Origin: Phoronis australis
Taxonomy: Eukaryota > Animalia > Phoronida
Direction of reading: 5' to 3'
Length of the DNA: 64,000 nucleotides
Assembly (NCBI GenBank): GCA_002633005.1
Contig: NMRA01000333.1
Location: 124,001 to 188,000 of the forward strand
Part shown: positions 38,465-52,149 of the stretch, piece by piece
Layout of the letters: every line of letters starts with the position of its first letter
Position numbering within the stretch: position 1 is the first letter of the stretch
Notes under the pieces: generated by a model
Told to the model about the DNA's origin: nothing
Database searches by the model: none
What the model saw: the letters and a program-made list of their open reading frames with translations, nothing else
Program-made: the position numbers and the translations under genes

Positions 38465-39514
38465 CTAATGATGATGGTCATCGTCACTTCCATACATCTT
38501 TGTGTACATTGTGTGTGCACCGATGGTGAGAACGGCAGCACCCAATGCCAAAGGAAATCCCCTGAACACATGGTTGACGGCATTCTTGTACCTCGAGCCA
38601 GACCAAAGTGGCTTTTGAAAACGCCAGACTTCGTTCCTGCAATGTCACAAGATTCATAAAGATTACGACTACAGTAACGGTTTTTGATTACTGGCCTAAT
38701 TGACCTATCGCAAGCTCCACCCCCTTGCGTAATGTCGACTAACAAACAATAAGCTTTACCCGGCAACGTGGTGTTTATCTGGTAAAATGGCAGCTTGGAA
38801 ACGAAGGTGTGTCAAGAATGATGAGTTCTAAATGATCAGTTAAGCCGTCACTCAAAATCCTGGCAATAGGTCAATTATAAAAACATGTGCATATTATGAT
38901 AAAGTAGACATGCTGTCACAATCTCATTTTTCGACGAGAAGAATGATCAGTCATATGAGTGTTCCAGAGTACAAAGACATTTCAGTAGCAAGTCTGGTAC
39001 TGTGAAAAACTTCAAAAAAGTCCAATAACTGAATTGAAGTAAGTTCATTAAAAACACCAATAAAGAAGGCATAAACCCATGCGAGCGTAGCAACCACTGT
39101 ATGCTACTACAAGTACAAGACTACAAGTGTAGTCACACGAACACGACACGAGAGAAAGACCACGTATTTATAGTCTTGGTACAAATAATCATAATGATAA
39201 TCGTATCATAGTTTATATGTATATCTTAACGCTACATACACTAATACAGTCACAGATGAGAAACTGACAGTAAGCGAACATAACCCCTCACCCCTGCCCT
39301 GGACCAGTAGAGCCCAGAGCCAGTAGAGGTAGGCTACACAGGACAGCGGATCCCTGGCTAAAGTGATGTAGTCGTAGCATTTGTGTATTTACCTCATCCA
39401 TGGGTCTTTTAAACCTTTTTCGGCTAGTTTTTTCTGAATGTTAACTAATTCTGGACAGTCCTCTACTTTGTAAATACGCCAGTCTGGCACCGGCGGTGTT
39501 CCGGAGCCCCCCAT
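38465..39514 (-). CDS. NDUFB3: NADH:ubiquinone oxidoreductase subunit B3 (B12), 2 coding exons, 97 aa
   Basis: Exons 39514-39393 and 38636-38465, GT-AG, phase 2: [72 protein letters not shown]; matches the NDUFB3 signature QKKLAxKGLxDPWxRNExWR, one TM helix and His-rich tail. Confidence 0.95.
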
Positions 39515-39995
39515 ATCACAAGAAGGTAGGATAACAGAAGCCAACCTGAGCTTGGCTTCAATATGGTGTATTGTGGTACGGTCTCACAAGGGGTGTAACG
39601 CTTTGATATGCTCTTAACCTTTGCACAATATTGACCCAAATGGAGTCAAATACGTGAAAACGAGATTATAAAATATTGTGAAACAGAATGCTCTCAATTG
39701 CATTAGTTCATTTCCATAAAATGAAATATTCTGGGACAAGATAATCGATGACTCCATTTCCGCAATGAACTCGTCCATCGAAATGGTGTTCAGAGTTTTT
39801 TAACAAATTGTCATATAGAATTCTACTGAGTTTTTCCAGAGAGCAAAAATATTAATATGTCAGAAAATTTGAATCTTATCTGAATAATAGCTCATAGTTT
39901 ATGGAGATCTGAGTAACAGTGTTTGTTTGAGACTACACTTGTCGCGCCACATGTCGACCGATTTAATAACCAAATAAAGCACAAGCAGAAGAAGA

Positions 39996-42900
39996 ATGGC
40001 GCTAAGAGTCGAGTTGACAGAGAGCGAAAAGAAGTTGATAGAACATGTTCAGAAAGGTTTGCTGTGCTGTCTGATGGCATGAAGATTGTTCTACGACTTT
40101 CACGTTTCCATTTATTATCGTTTGGCCACTTAAAACAATTTATATCCCGCTACGCAAAACTGAAACAAGTCTACTTACTACTAGTACTAGTACTAAGCCA
40201 GATCGTGGCTTTTTCTAGAGAATTCTAAAGTCGAGAAACGTGAGACCCATGGTTAGCTGACCAAGCAGAAGCTTGCTTTAAAGGAAAGTGCATCTTTTAA
40301 AAAATCCCCGTGCATTGCTCTACTGCTGGCCATGCTTCAAACAAAGGACGGTTAAAAATGTTGATTTAAATTTCAGGACAATTCCACATTCATTTAAAGA
40401 AACTTGGCTTGCAAAAAAGCACACCTTGCACCTTTGCAGTTGATTTGTACAAGAATCACTGGTAATGGTGCAATTACACATGTTCACTAGTTATGCCTCA
40501 GGGAGAGTGCTTACAATATGCAACCAATCTGTACGGCTGACTGCCTAAACAACCAGCTTTCCTGAGGGTCTAGATTTGACAGGCACAATTCCGGTCTTGA
40601 CAATGTATTTTTGACTGTGTCATCTAAGAAGTTTTCTCATGGACTAATAACAGGATAGGACAAGGATGAATGATGTTGACTATTACAACTGTGTCATCGA
40701 CTATTCTTATATCACAAACACTGACCAATGTTCCTTTTGCATGGAGTATGCCTATAGTCATAATGCTAAATTGTCGTGAGAGACTGTCCGGAGTTGGTAT
40801 ATGGTGCAACTCTGGACGGTCTGGGGTCAACAGAAAACCACAGTTCAACTGTGAGTCTACACCAATGTAATAAATGATAGTAGTTCTACTTGCTCATTTT
40901 GCCGCGTCAGCTGCAGGTGTGCTTATCTCTTTTATGACACACAAAGTGTGACTGGGCAAAGCTTTTTCGAAATAATGTGGATAAAACAGTGGAGTGTGAG
41001 ACCCCTGAGGTCCCTGTCAAGTCCTCACGACAATTCTACGTTATGAATATTGCATCAGCAATGACTTGATAATTAAACACTGGCTGAACATGATGTAAAA
41101 GTGCAATATCATGCGCTGAAAATAGTGATTTTACAACTTTTAGCTTGAAAAGTTCAGTAAGGGTGAAAACTAAAAGTTTAGCATCAAAAACCATGTAATT
41201 AAATTTAGTTTATTTACCAGTATCTTAATGGAGACAGACATGCTTCTTCACTCTATTGTATTCATCATGGTAGATAATTGGCATGTAAGTCGCAATGCTA
41301 GACAATACGAATGCTTATTACAATGAACTAGATTAATGTTTGGATTTGGAAACCCCTGTGTCTGGTATTGAAACTAATCAAGAGCCTAATTCTGATGGAA
41401 TACACGGGCAGGACAAGTGTTGCTGCCAGCTGACATTAGGTGGCACCACTGTTCTACGGAATTTGAAATACACCTAAAGTGTCCAATGATGATGTCATTC
41501 CCTTAAATGCCTCTGTGAAGACTGAACCGCCCACCAGCAGACAATGCCCTTTGCCATCTTGACCAGTCTTAGACGCATCATTGGAGGAGACATGAGTTTG
41601 AGTCCCCCCACTCAACCTGCAGATTTTTCTGCAATTTGTTTGCAAGGTCCTCACAATTAAAATTGGGTGAAACGATGTAGGTTGCGGGTACAAACAATCA
41701 AAAGCTATTGAAGTGACTGTCTCGTTATATGGGAGTTTTAGGAAGCATTTCCCAAGATTTTTTTTTGAAACTTACAGCTTTTTTGGATTTTATAATTGTT
41801 AAAAATTGGTTAGTATAAGTCATTGCAAGAACGAGTAAACTCTGCATAGTTAAAACTAGGTTTCATGGATTTTGAATCAGTATTTTATGAATAATCTTGA
41901 CTGATACTTAAAAGTTTTGTAGGACCTTATCAACCAGTATGGATATTTTTAAGCCAAATACCAATACATGTATAGGTTACCACAGATTGTAGTAACGTAG
42001 GCACTCTGTAGAATGTAACATTTGGTCATTTTTGTTGTTTCTCCGTGTTTGTCATGACTGAAGATTTGCCAGTCTGCTAAAGCATGATGCTCTATTACAC
42101 AATTTACAACTACCGTATTCGCCCTAATAAGTGCCCAGGGCGGGGAGCGCTTATTATAACCCACGGTGGTTGAAACCCGGTCTCCAAAATGGGTGAAATC
42201 GGAAGCTAAGATTCATCATATTTACTCTGTGTGACGTATCAGTAATCTATGAAAGACTTTCTACAAAATCGTGGTGCACTGCTATCAAACTTTGCTGCTA
42301 AATTACGATGCATCATTTTACAGAAAATTGTACTGAAATCCCAGGGTGAAAACTCGCTTCACAGTCGTCGATATGACGACTTGAATGCTTGAATAAAAAT
42401 AGTTTCGACTCAAGCAAATTACCTGAAATCCTCCTTAAGTTTTCCAAGTAGCGTCTACCAGAGTTCATTTGCCAGAGGAGAGACCGTCTTTTGGCCAGAG
42501 CCACGCAATTTAACGTGCTAGATGTGCATCGTATCTAAAGAAATTTGCACAAGCAGTAGGCCTAAACCAGAACATGTTTCATTCAGCACTTGCCAGTCTC
42601 ATGTGCTAAAAACGTTCGACATTTGTCTCTGTAAGGCCCATATTAGTCGCCGTGTGGCTGGATGCGTACGTAACTATCTGACAGTAGGACTGTAGGTAAG
42701 GCATTTTTCGCATGTACATATTCATGGACTGGGCGCTTATTTTAGCAAAGTCTGAAAACGAGTGGCGGGGCGCTTATAGGGGCATGGGCGGTTAATACGG
42801 CGAATACGATAAGTTTGCTCCATTGTTGCTCGGATAATTGACAAGACTCAGAGAACATATTTGCTTTCAGGTGATATTGATGATGTAAAGCGGATACTGT

Positions 42901-45900
42901 CTGACTCTGAGAACAAAGTCACAGTTGACTGCCTGGACGAGGTGAGGATAAACACAAGAAGTAATACTTTCGATGATATGAATGATGATCACAGACTCTG
43001 GTCCTGTGTATAGACTAGCTTGGAACCCCTTAGTGTCAAGTGAACTTAAAAGTCATAGGAACTAATGATGCGATTACCAGTTAAAGCCCTTGCATTTGTT
43101 ACCTGTGTGTTAGGTTAACAAGCATACTTGTTTGTGCCACGGGGTTTTCTTGAATACTGATGCAGTGGTGTAATTTTTGTGGTATTTTGGTAATTTTAGC
43201 ACCTTAATCGATTGAACTTCTGCAATGAAATAGGAAAGCAAATGAACACATATTCTCTGATCGCAAACACGCATAACAAATGCTGCGCGTGTGCACTTTA
43301 ATCAGTTACAGGCAAATCCGATTAATAACTAATGAGAAGGATGTAACATTTTTAATTATTTGTTTTCTCAATAAGCAAAATTTCAACTGATATCAGTTTA
43401 AATGATGTAGCAATACTCTTTTGATATGAGAGGGGGATTCCTTTTTGTAAGATTGAATTCTTGACATGATAGTGCAGTGCAGTCTCTATTTTTCCAATGC
43501 AGCATGGTATGACACCGCTGCAGCATGCGGCCTACCGTGGAAAGGTGGCGCTGTGTGAGCTACTCTTGGCCCACGGAGCAGACGTCAATAGCAACTCGCA
43601 CCAATACGGGTACACAGCGCTCATGTTTGCTGCTCTGGCTGGTAACGTATTCGACTGTTAGACTATGTCACATGTGTAGTACACTGTAAAAACTAGGGAA
43701 ATAGTCGATCTGGCAACGGCAATTCAACAGCACTGAATGATCTTATCTGAACAACTGTACAGTATTGGGGAATTTTGTTGAATTTAAGTGAAGATGTGAC
43801 TAAGGCAAGTCTATGTTATGCAAGTTTTAAGGTTACGTAGTACCTTATTGACAGGTCGGTGTATTCAGCCTGCAATACCTACAGTAAAAGTATACTGTAT
43901 GAAAACCTCTTTCAAACACAACTCTGTGTTACGGTTTTACGTGGGTTTATTCTAGAGATCTACAAGATACATCTATTCACTATGCTGTCTAATTCTCAAC
44001 TGAAAACTTGTTTGTCAGAACTAAAGATCATATGCTCATGAGTCGTAATCAGATTTCAGAGAATTGTTTTGCACAACTTACACAATCTATGATTCTAGCT
44101 ACCAGTGCCATATAAGGTTATGTTTTGGACTCTGCAAGTTTAATGAAAACCACGAACATAACATATACGTCCTGAAAGTAGCAAGCAGATATAATTTGAT
44201 TTTTGACTTTGAACAAGTTAAGTTACATGGGCATGTCTTTTTAGTAAAATTAAGCATAGGAAGATACATTGATAGGGAAACGTTATCAATAAGATGATTA
44301 GATTTTATGTGATGTTAATGTTCATAGCGAGGCCTCAATAATGCTGTTACAGTTTTCTAAACTATCATTTCGTTTTCATTTTTTTTTCATGAAAATCATG
44401 AAAGTCCTGTTGTTGATGCATCAGTGGAACATTTTGAAAACAATGCCTAATTGTGTTTTGGAAAACAATGCATAAAGCACAGTGGCTGAAACTTTCACAT
44501 GAATCCAATCACCTGTTTCTGAGATGTAATGTTGCGAAGTTAGCCAAATATTGACCTTTTGTAAGGCCCTAAATTAGCTTAATATTAGTTAAAGCTGTGT
44601 TGGGTGAATGTGCAATGCATAATGCCAACAGTGTTGTATTAACACGTGCCTTGGTACAGCGAGTGAACCATGGCAGTAGTTAAGAAATTTCTAAACCAAT
44701 TTCCAGGGTTTTAAAATATTTCGTCCATCAGGTTAATCACTTGATTACAAATAAGTTGTTTACCCTAGGTGATTCACGTAGAAGTCGTGTCTTTTGTAAA
44801 AATAACTTGATATGAAATTTCATTGCTGGTGTTCAGCTACTGTAGATTGAGCACTGTTCAGGCAATATGACTATTACCTTGGGAAATTCTGTTTCACAGA
44901 ATGGGGACTATTGAATATTTTGATTTTATTTACGATATATCTCAAAAAATTGTGTCTTGATCAGGGTGAATGAACACTTATTTTTTGGTCATAACAAAAC
45001 TCAAAGATGTCAATTTTAGCTTTATAAGCTTCTTCATTCTTCTATTAAACATTATTTAACTTTGAAGTTGGCGGTCTTTGACCCGCCTAAACAGCGCTCA
45101 CTATTAGCTTTGGCAGTACAGTTATTTCTTTTCACCATGTATTCTATGTTGAAGACGTTTTGCTGTATCCTGTATATTGTGTACAAGAGGAATTCAAAGT
45201 TTCTTTGAGGTCAAGGCGTGACCTTCGTTTTACCAGGATTTAATCGCTGTTGTTGAGAGGTGCATGATCTTTTTCCAGGAAGCGTGCCGTGCACCAAACT
45301 GATGTTGGAGCACGGGGCCAAGGTGTACCACACAAACTCTGTTGGCCGGACTGCTGCTCAAATGGCTGGTTTTGTCAGCCAACACCAGGTGGTGTCGCTC
45401 ATCAACAACTTTGTCTCCATTGAGGACCTAGAGTATTATACAAAACCACAGGGTATGGCATCTTGTTTAACGTTTGGAAATCTTAGAATGAAGTAAATTA
45501 AAGAGCTGACTTTGGACGATACAAGTGTTAAAAATCCATCACTCCTATTGGTTGTTCTTCATAAGCAGTGCGTTAAGTTAAAATGCTACAGACTTGGGAT
45601 GAAGTTTAATTGTAAGAGTACTTTAATACACATAAAAATGTGCAATGAGAGAAAATGTAGGCTGAAGCAGTGAACTGAGACGTCTTACGGATACATATAT
45701 TTTGTTCTTCGTTCTGTAACTTTTTACCTTACACCTCTGATGAAGAGTGTTCTGTACAGAACGGTCAATTTTTCTCATACGTGTATAGTCTATCAGTCTT
45801 TTTCAATCATTTTATTCTAATTAATGTTTGTAACGGCTAATACTTATTTGGAAATTAGGGTACATCACAATATTGCTATGAAATTGATCTCAGTAGAAAA

Positions 45901-48900
45901 AATTCTATAGTCAAAAATTGAAATTGACAATTTGGTGTTTAGTGATCGTTTTTTATGTTTTTTGAGTTATACCTCAGGCTGATAGCTGACTGGATACCTA
46001 AGACTGGTTTTTATCACAAACACTAGAGGGCAGTACTATGACTTTCAACATTGAGTGATTCGCAGTCTATGGTCATGTGATTTCAGGTTTAGAAAAAAAT
46101 GCCAAGTTGCCCGTCCATCTGGTATCACCTCTTCACAAGCTGATGCTGATGTCTAACCTGAACCCTGTGAGGGTGAGTGATGATGATAAGCCTACACCAC
46201 ACTTTGTGACTAATTTATGGATCTTGTGTCATTTTGCAATAGCCCCATCCTAAATTCAGCTCCCTTTTTTAGAGAGAGATAAACGCGTTATACAGTCGGC
46301 TTGAAAGGTTAGTCTGCTGTCACGCTTTTGATCTTAATCGAACAGGTAAAGAGTGATTTAGTATGCCCACTCAACCTGTAAGTCAGCACTGCAATTTTCT
46401 AGTATGCAGCAGAGAACTGAGATTTTTTTTGGCACAAGAATGGGGAAGGACAAATTATTTTCCTTTGTTCTAATGTTAAATTGTTACAAGAGTGCCAGCA
46501 GTGATACAAATGTTCTGCTTAACGCAAAGCATTGTGGGAAAATAGTGCAGAATCAGAGTGGCGGTGTGGTATTTTGGAATGTGGTTAATATTTATCTAGT
46601 GCTGTTTGCCGTCTTTAACTAAACTAGAATTGTAGGCGTTTCCCAAAATGATGTTGGTGAATCAGTCAGTGAAGGATCCTCAAAGTTATGTGTTGTACTA
46701 AGACCCTAGAAAATTTTACAAATTTAGCTAAATTCTCAACATCATGTTTCAGAAATAAATGGCTGATCATTTTCACATACTATACGTTATGTACGTTTTG
46801 CAAAACGCCGTTAGGAAATATTTTAAAGCGATCTACTTTCTGGAAAGCGCCTGTCAAAAATAGGTCAAAGGTTGCTCAAAACAATAATAAAATAATTCAG
46901 AAACTTTTTAAATAATGAATTAGAAATATTTAATTATACAAGAAAAAAATATTGTAAGGGAACAAAAGGGTTTCATTGTCAGTGTTTCCTGGAAATTCAT
47001 CATTACGGCTGTAGACCTGTCCAGTGTTTTATTGTATTTAGTATGAAAGAGCTTTACCATTCAGATCTCACGGTATCTCCGGGAACACAAAGAACTTCTG
47101 ATGGAGTCCAAGAACGTGTATCGTGTGCTCCAAATAATGTTGGAGAAGAAAATGAAACAAAGTGACACTGACGAGGTTATGGCTTTGAAGATTCACTACT
47201 TATCGCATTTTGTGGAGAACTGTGCTAAGTTTGTCGACGACGAGAAAAAGTATGATGGCTGGATAAAGAGGTTGGTCTCTTTGTGGACGGAGAAGTTTTG
47301 ATGATTAAAATATTTATCCTAAATGTTATTTCAGAATGGTGTGGCAATTTGCACTTATAAGATTTAATCACATGTATAATTAGTGGGTCTGAAATAGTCA
47401 GCCGGAAATTTGCATTTTATCAAACGGAAATTGGTTTTTTGTTAATGGATAGATTTGGTATTTTTCATACTTTCCTGAGGACAGAGTCAGTTGGGGCTTC
47501 ACTATTTGAGCGTGTCAAGCTCCTCTGTGTTTGTGTTTGTGTTTGTTTGTGTGTGCGCATGTGCGAGTGTGTACATGCATGTGTGCATGTCTGTAGGTGT
47601 ATCACCAATGGACAGATTACACGCTGTCTAGGACTGTACATTGGGTTGGGCGTTGGTTCACCATGCCAATACTGTATTGAACGCCGATATGTTATCAAAA
47701 TGAAACATATTTGGTGTCAGAATGGATACCTTGAAAACTGAAAATGAGGCTGATTTGATATTTTGATACTTTGTTTTCTAATTCAGACAACTACAATGGA
47801 TGACATGAAACGAATACAGCATGGAGTCAATCTAGGGTTCACAAAGAAATCTGTAAACCAATTGTGAATCTCATGTCTACTCTCTACAAGGGTGCCGGGT
47901 ATCCTAATTTCCCAGTTCCCAGTAGCACATCACACCAAAATATATAGTTGAGTCCCTTGGGGATGTAAGACCAACACACACCCCAAGTTTACGTTTCTTT
48001 GCAGTCGGTCTTGGTATCGAAAGAGTATTGAGATATAAAATTGGCAGTATCGGTATTGTACCAATTTTCATATATTGATACCCAGCCCTAGGTACTCACT
48101 GATACCGAAGTTCCGAGAAGTTTGAACCAACAGCAGGACACGGTAGTAGAGCAATCATCTGCTGCAATATTGCGCTGTCCTCAGCGCCGTGTTGGTCTGG
48201 AACAATACCAATTTGTTGAACAAACTTTCCCGAGATTGTTCCTCTCAAATTAACTTGATAAAATTAACCTCCACAGCCTTATCAAAGAGAACGAAAATAT
48301 GTTTCCTGAGACACAAGAGAAGTTCGTTCGTTCAACACTTAGGGATTTCCCCTACGCCAGCAGCGCCCTCCTACGACAAGTCGTGAAAAGTGTATCAGAC
48401 ACCCCGGAAGTAAGTGATGCATGACGGTACTTCATTACTTCATGAACTGATTATGTAGTGTTCATTAATCTTTTGAATATTGCTCTGTGTTACAAATTTT
48501 TGCTGTCATCTTTCTGGACACTAATTTTTAACATGGCTTTTTGTAACATAAAAACTTAGCTATGATCTGTTTGTTGTCCAACTTCCCCAAGTCTTATAAT
48601 CCTTTAATTTCTGCCAAGTCGGTGACTGAAAATGAACTTTGACATTTTGTAATCTCTTATCTAACAGACCCATGGTACTCTATATTCTGTTATTTTCAAA
48701 GTAACTTTAATTCAGCCATCTCCATACTTGTACAAGTCACTTATTAATCAATGTATTCTGTTCGTTTCAGGGCAACTTTCCCACAGCCCTGAGTATAATG
48801 ACACAAGCAATAAATGGCCAATACCTTCAGGATGAAGTGGGTGAATGTGAGACATGTGGAGAGCCCAAGGCAGTGTTAAAGTGTTCTGCTTGTAAGGCGG

Positions 48901-51900
48901 TAAGCTTTATGTTATATACTTGTAAGGGGGTAAGTGTTCTGGGGTACACTTGTAAGGTGGTAAATGTCTGTGATACACTTGTTAGATGGTTAGTGTTCTG
49001 GGGTACACTTGTAAGGTGGTAAATGTCTGTGATACACTTGTTAGATGGTTAGTGTACTGGGGTACACTTGTAAGGTGGTAAATGTCTGTGATACACTTGT
49101 TAGATGGTTAGTGTACTGGGGTACACTTGTAAGGTGGTAAATGTCTGTGATACACTTGTTAGATGGTTAGTGTTCTGGGGTACACTTGTAAGGCGGTTAG
49201 TGTTCTGGGATGCACTTGTAAAGTGGTAAGTGTTCTGGGGTATACTGTCTTATATTATGGTTACTTGGTGTTCTGGGTACAGTTGCCTTCTTTGGCCTAA
49301 TCGATGAAAGAATTTGATAAAGGAATATGCCTAACAGTTGAAACATTCCAAGGCTCATTGTGTCACACTATGTGCAATTTTTGAAAGATGTATTTTGCCT
49401 GTTAAATGTAAATGAATGAATGAGTGGAGTGAGTTGTCTGTGTCATCATAGACTATAGTACATGTACTGCCAACTCCATATACTTTCAATGGACGAAATC
49501 TATGCTTTTATAGAAGTAATGCCATCATTATTTTCTAGCGACACGTAGCCAAATTATCTGGTGTTATTTCCGGCAACTACGTCGTCTGCTATCATGTTTG
49601 GCTGTTGTGTCGTCACAATACACTAACCGGAAACTGAAACTGATAATTTAGGAGAGTGGCGCCTACTCTAGGACAGTACACAGTTAACTCTACTAATCAC
49701 TCAATCATTCAGTGAAACTTAACTGAGTGTGTTGAAATTGCGCTATGAAGACCAGGAAGCATTGTCTGAGGTTACATGATTCATGGCCTGTTGGATTTAC
49801 TTTCATTGTAAGTTTGGTTTCAGGTTAAATACTGCAACAAAGAGTGTCAAAAGCTACATTGGTTCTCACACAAAAAGTTCTGTAAAGAATTAGCAGGTAA
49901 TGTGACCTTGTAAGTGGGTCAGAGGTTGGCTTAATAGTGACATTAAGAGGGGAGACAATCCCTTCCTGTTCACAGCTTTAATAAAAAATTACCACACTCT
50001 TCCGGGTAGTGCCCAAGACACTTTAACTTATCAGGGAGTAGGCATAGAGCTGGCTTTTAAAGACAAAATTTTTGAGAAGTGTAGGATGGGCGTTTTACCC
50101 AAATATATCTGCTCGCTCAGACAAAATGCCTTCACCTTTTTTGCATCCAAGTACCATAATAGCAGAAATGAGCATGAGCCAAAAGAACCATTTCAAATCT
50201 CGTTTAAAGAAGAGCTGGTACTAGTACCCATCGAAATTTAGCAAGATGCTGCTGAAGTTGAGGGTTATAAATGTAACTGAATATTAGTACGATTTGGTAG
50301 CTAATAAGTTCTTGTGCACTTTTAAGGAAGTATTAGTTGGCATCGGTAGTAAGTTGGCATGGTGGCTAAGATTGAAACTTTGGAAATTTCGAGTGTGGGT
50401 GTTAATAAAGTGGAGTATGATATGAATTTTTCTGGTTGGTCAATGTATAATGTACCTCGTACGTTATCATATGATGACATCAGTTGATTTCCATCCTAGA
50501 ATAAATCTGTTGACAGGGGCGGCGCAGCACTGAAAAAGTGATGGGACTATAGCCCCCCCCCCAGTCCCCTATGGTGCGCCGCCCATGGTTGAGGCAAATA
50601 GAGACAAACAAACTGTGTCAAATGGCAACTCTGCCAAAAGTAAGCCACACTCTTGACCGTTCTTTACAATCACGCGATCAACTTGCGAGGCATAGTCCAC
50701 TGAAAAGAAAAGTATGGGAACAAATTTCTGTGAATTGTTGTTATTCAACTAGTAAATGTGCATCAGTTTTTAAAAACTGTTGAACAGTGGTGTATTCGTC
50801 CTGTAGCTCGTAAACAGAGAGAGTTAGAGGAACAGGCTCGCATCGCCGCTGAGGAGGCTGAAAAGGACAGGCAGAAGGCTGAGGAAGAGGCACAGGCGAC
50901 ACTTAATGAGGGAAACAAAATAAAAGGTGAAAATGCTAATTGGATCTCCCTTTTTGTTTGAAAGTTGTTTTGCTTTGAGATTTGGACAATGCCTCAGGGC
51001 TTGGAATTTTCCGCGGAAACACGGATTTCCGCTTTTTTCAAATGTGCTTTCCGCTTTTTTTTATAATATTTCCGCGTAAAAAAATCGGATTTGATATAAA
51101 ATTTCCGCGGCAAATTCCTTTCTTACCGCGGCGTTGCAGACAACGTTCACCTCGAAAAGCGGAAGTTGCTCTTTATGTTCGGAGGAACGTAAATTGTCAA
51201 CATTGCCGGGGCATCTGGGATAGCGTGGTGTGATTTTTAATGGCGTCTCGTGTTATTGTTAAGCGCGGCGACAAATACTACCGCTCTGCAGCCAAAAATG
51301 TGTGGGTTGGGAGTAGACGGGCGAGCTAAAAGGACGCAGACGCATGCTACTGATGGTGGTAACGTTTTTTTTTTAGTCCTTCCGATTTTTGTCGGGGAAA
51401 GGTTCACATTGATCAGTTCTAGGCTGGTTATCGGGCGATGATTTGGGCCGTAAAAGTTTCAAAGTTTCCGCGTTTTTTGTCATTGATCATTCCAAGCCCT
51501 GATACCTTGTCAGAAAAAATGCTAATTATTTCCTCTAGTGCATGGTACACTTAAGCTTGTATGCACCAGGGTATTGAAGGTGGGAGTTTTCTTTCAAACA
51601 TGTATTGTTTGAGGGGGAAATTTTGCTTTAAATGTGTATTATTGAAGGTGGGAATTCTTCCTTTAAATGTGTTTTATGGAAGATGGAAAGTTTTCCTTTA
51701 AATTGTATTATTGAAGGCAAGTTTTCCTTTAAATGTGTACTATTGTAGTCTGGAAGTGTTCCTTTTTAACGTGTACTATTAAAGGCTGGAAATTTTCCTT
51801 AAACATGTATTATCTAACTCTGGAAGTTTACCTGTAAACATGTATTATTAAAGCTGGTAAGTTTCCTTTAATTGTGCGTTATTAGACTGCATGCTCCAGT

Positions 51901-52149
51901 ATATGTTCACCTTCATCAATGATATTCACGCTTATAGTTAGTTACTATAACCAAATATATGAGAAAAACATCAAAAAGAGTACAAAAGTCATGCTCAGAT
52001 GTGTAATGAAACACATTAAAAGTGTTAGTTGGTCTGTTTTCTTTACTTTGACACTGCAAATTTTATTTGTTTTAGACTGTGAACCAGTTACAGGTGAAAG
52101 TCCAGATTCCACAACAGAAACCACTGAAGTGACTCAGCCAGAACAGTGA
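39996..52149 (+). CDS. ANKMY2: Ankyrin repeat and MYND domain-containing protein 2, 11 coding exons, ~421 aa
   Basis: Exons 39996-40056, 42871-42941, 43503-43641, 45279-45452, 46087-46172, 47065-47270, 48277-48409, 48771-48899, 49824-49896, 50807-50926, 52076-52149 (1266 nt, frame-consistent). Ankyrins [38 protein letters not shown]; [30 protein letters not shown]; acidic coiled-coil tail. Confidence 0.95.
42113..42809. mobile_element. Tc1/mariner-pogo-type MITE
   Basis: TA|CCGTATTCGCCCTAATAAG...TACGGCGAATACGA|TA with GGGCGCTTAT subterminal repeats. Confidence 0.8.
48881..49250 (+). repeat. ~30/59-bp minisatellite starting at the ANKMY2 exon 8 donor
   Basis: GTGTTCTGGGGTACACTTGTAAGGTGGTAAATGTCTGTGATACACTTGTTAGATGGTTA dimer, ~12 monomers. 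Confidence 0.9.
50514..50587. mobile_element. 74-bp micro-MITE with 5-bp TSD
   Basis: GTTGA|CAGGGGCGGCGCA...TGCGCCGCCCATG|GTTGA. Confidence 0.7.
50995..51501. mobile_element. hAT-like MITE
   Basis: Perfect 13-bp TIR CAGGGCTTGGAAT / ATTCCAAGCCCTG, TTTCCGC subterminal repeats, flanks ATGCCT/ATACCT. Confidence 0.85.
51568..51885. repeat. Degenerate ~30-bp minisatellite (~10 copies)
   Basis: TGTATTATTGAAGG(T/C)TGGAA..TTTCCTTTAAA(T/C)(G/A) units. Confidence 0.8.

Noticed and set aside
38446-38766. ORF-track 106-aa and 63-aa ORFs
   Set aside because: Wrong frame or strand; the real frame is NDUFB3 exon 2.
39098-39240. TGTATG...CATACA solo-LTR-like stretch in the NDUFB3 intron
   Set aside because: Has a minus-strand TATA but no TSD, poly(A) signal or second copy.
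47439-47741. 100-aa Cys/Val-rich ORF
   Set aside because: Artefact of a (TG)n microsatellite in ANKMY2 intron 6.
48900-49250. CRISPR-like regular repeats (also 51568-51885 and 37732-37832)
   Set aside because: No unique spacers, no cas genes, eukaryotic introns/UTR; these are minisatellites.
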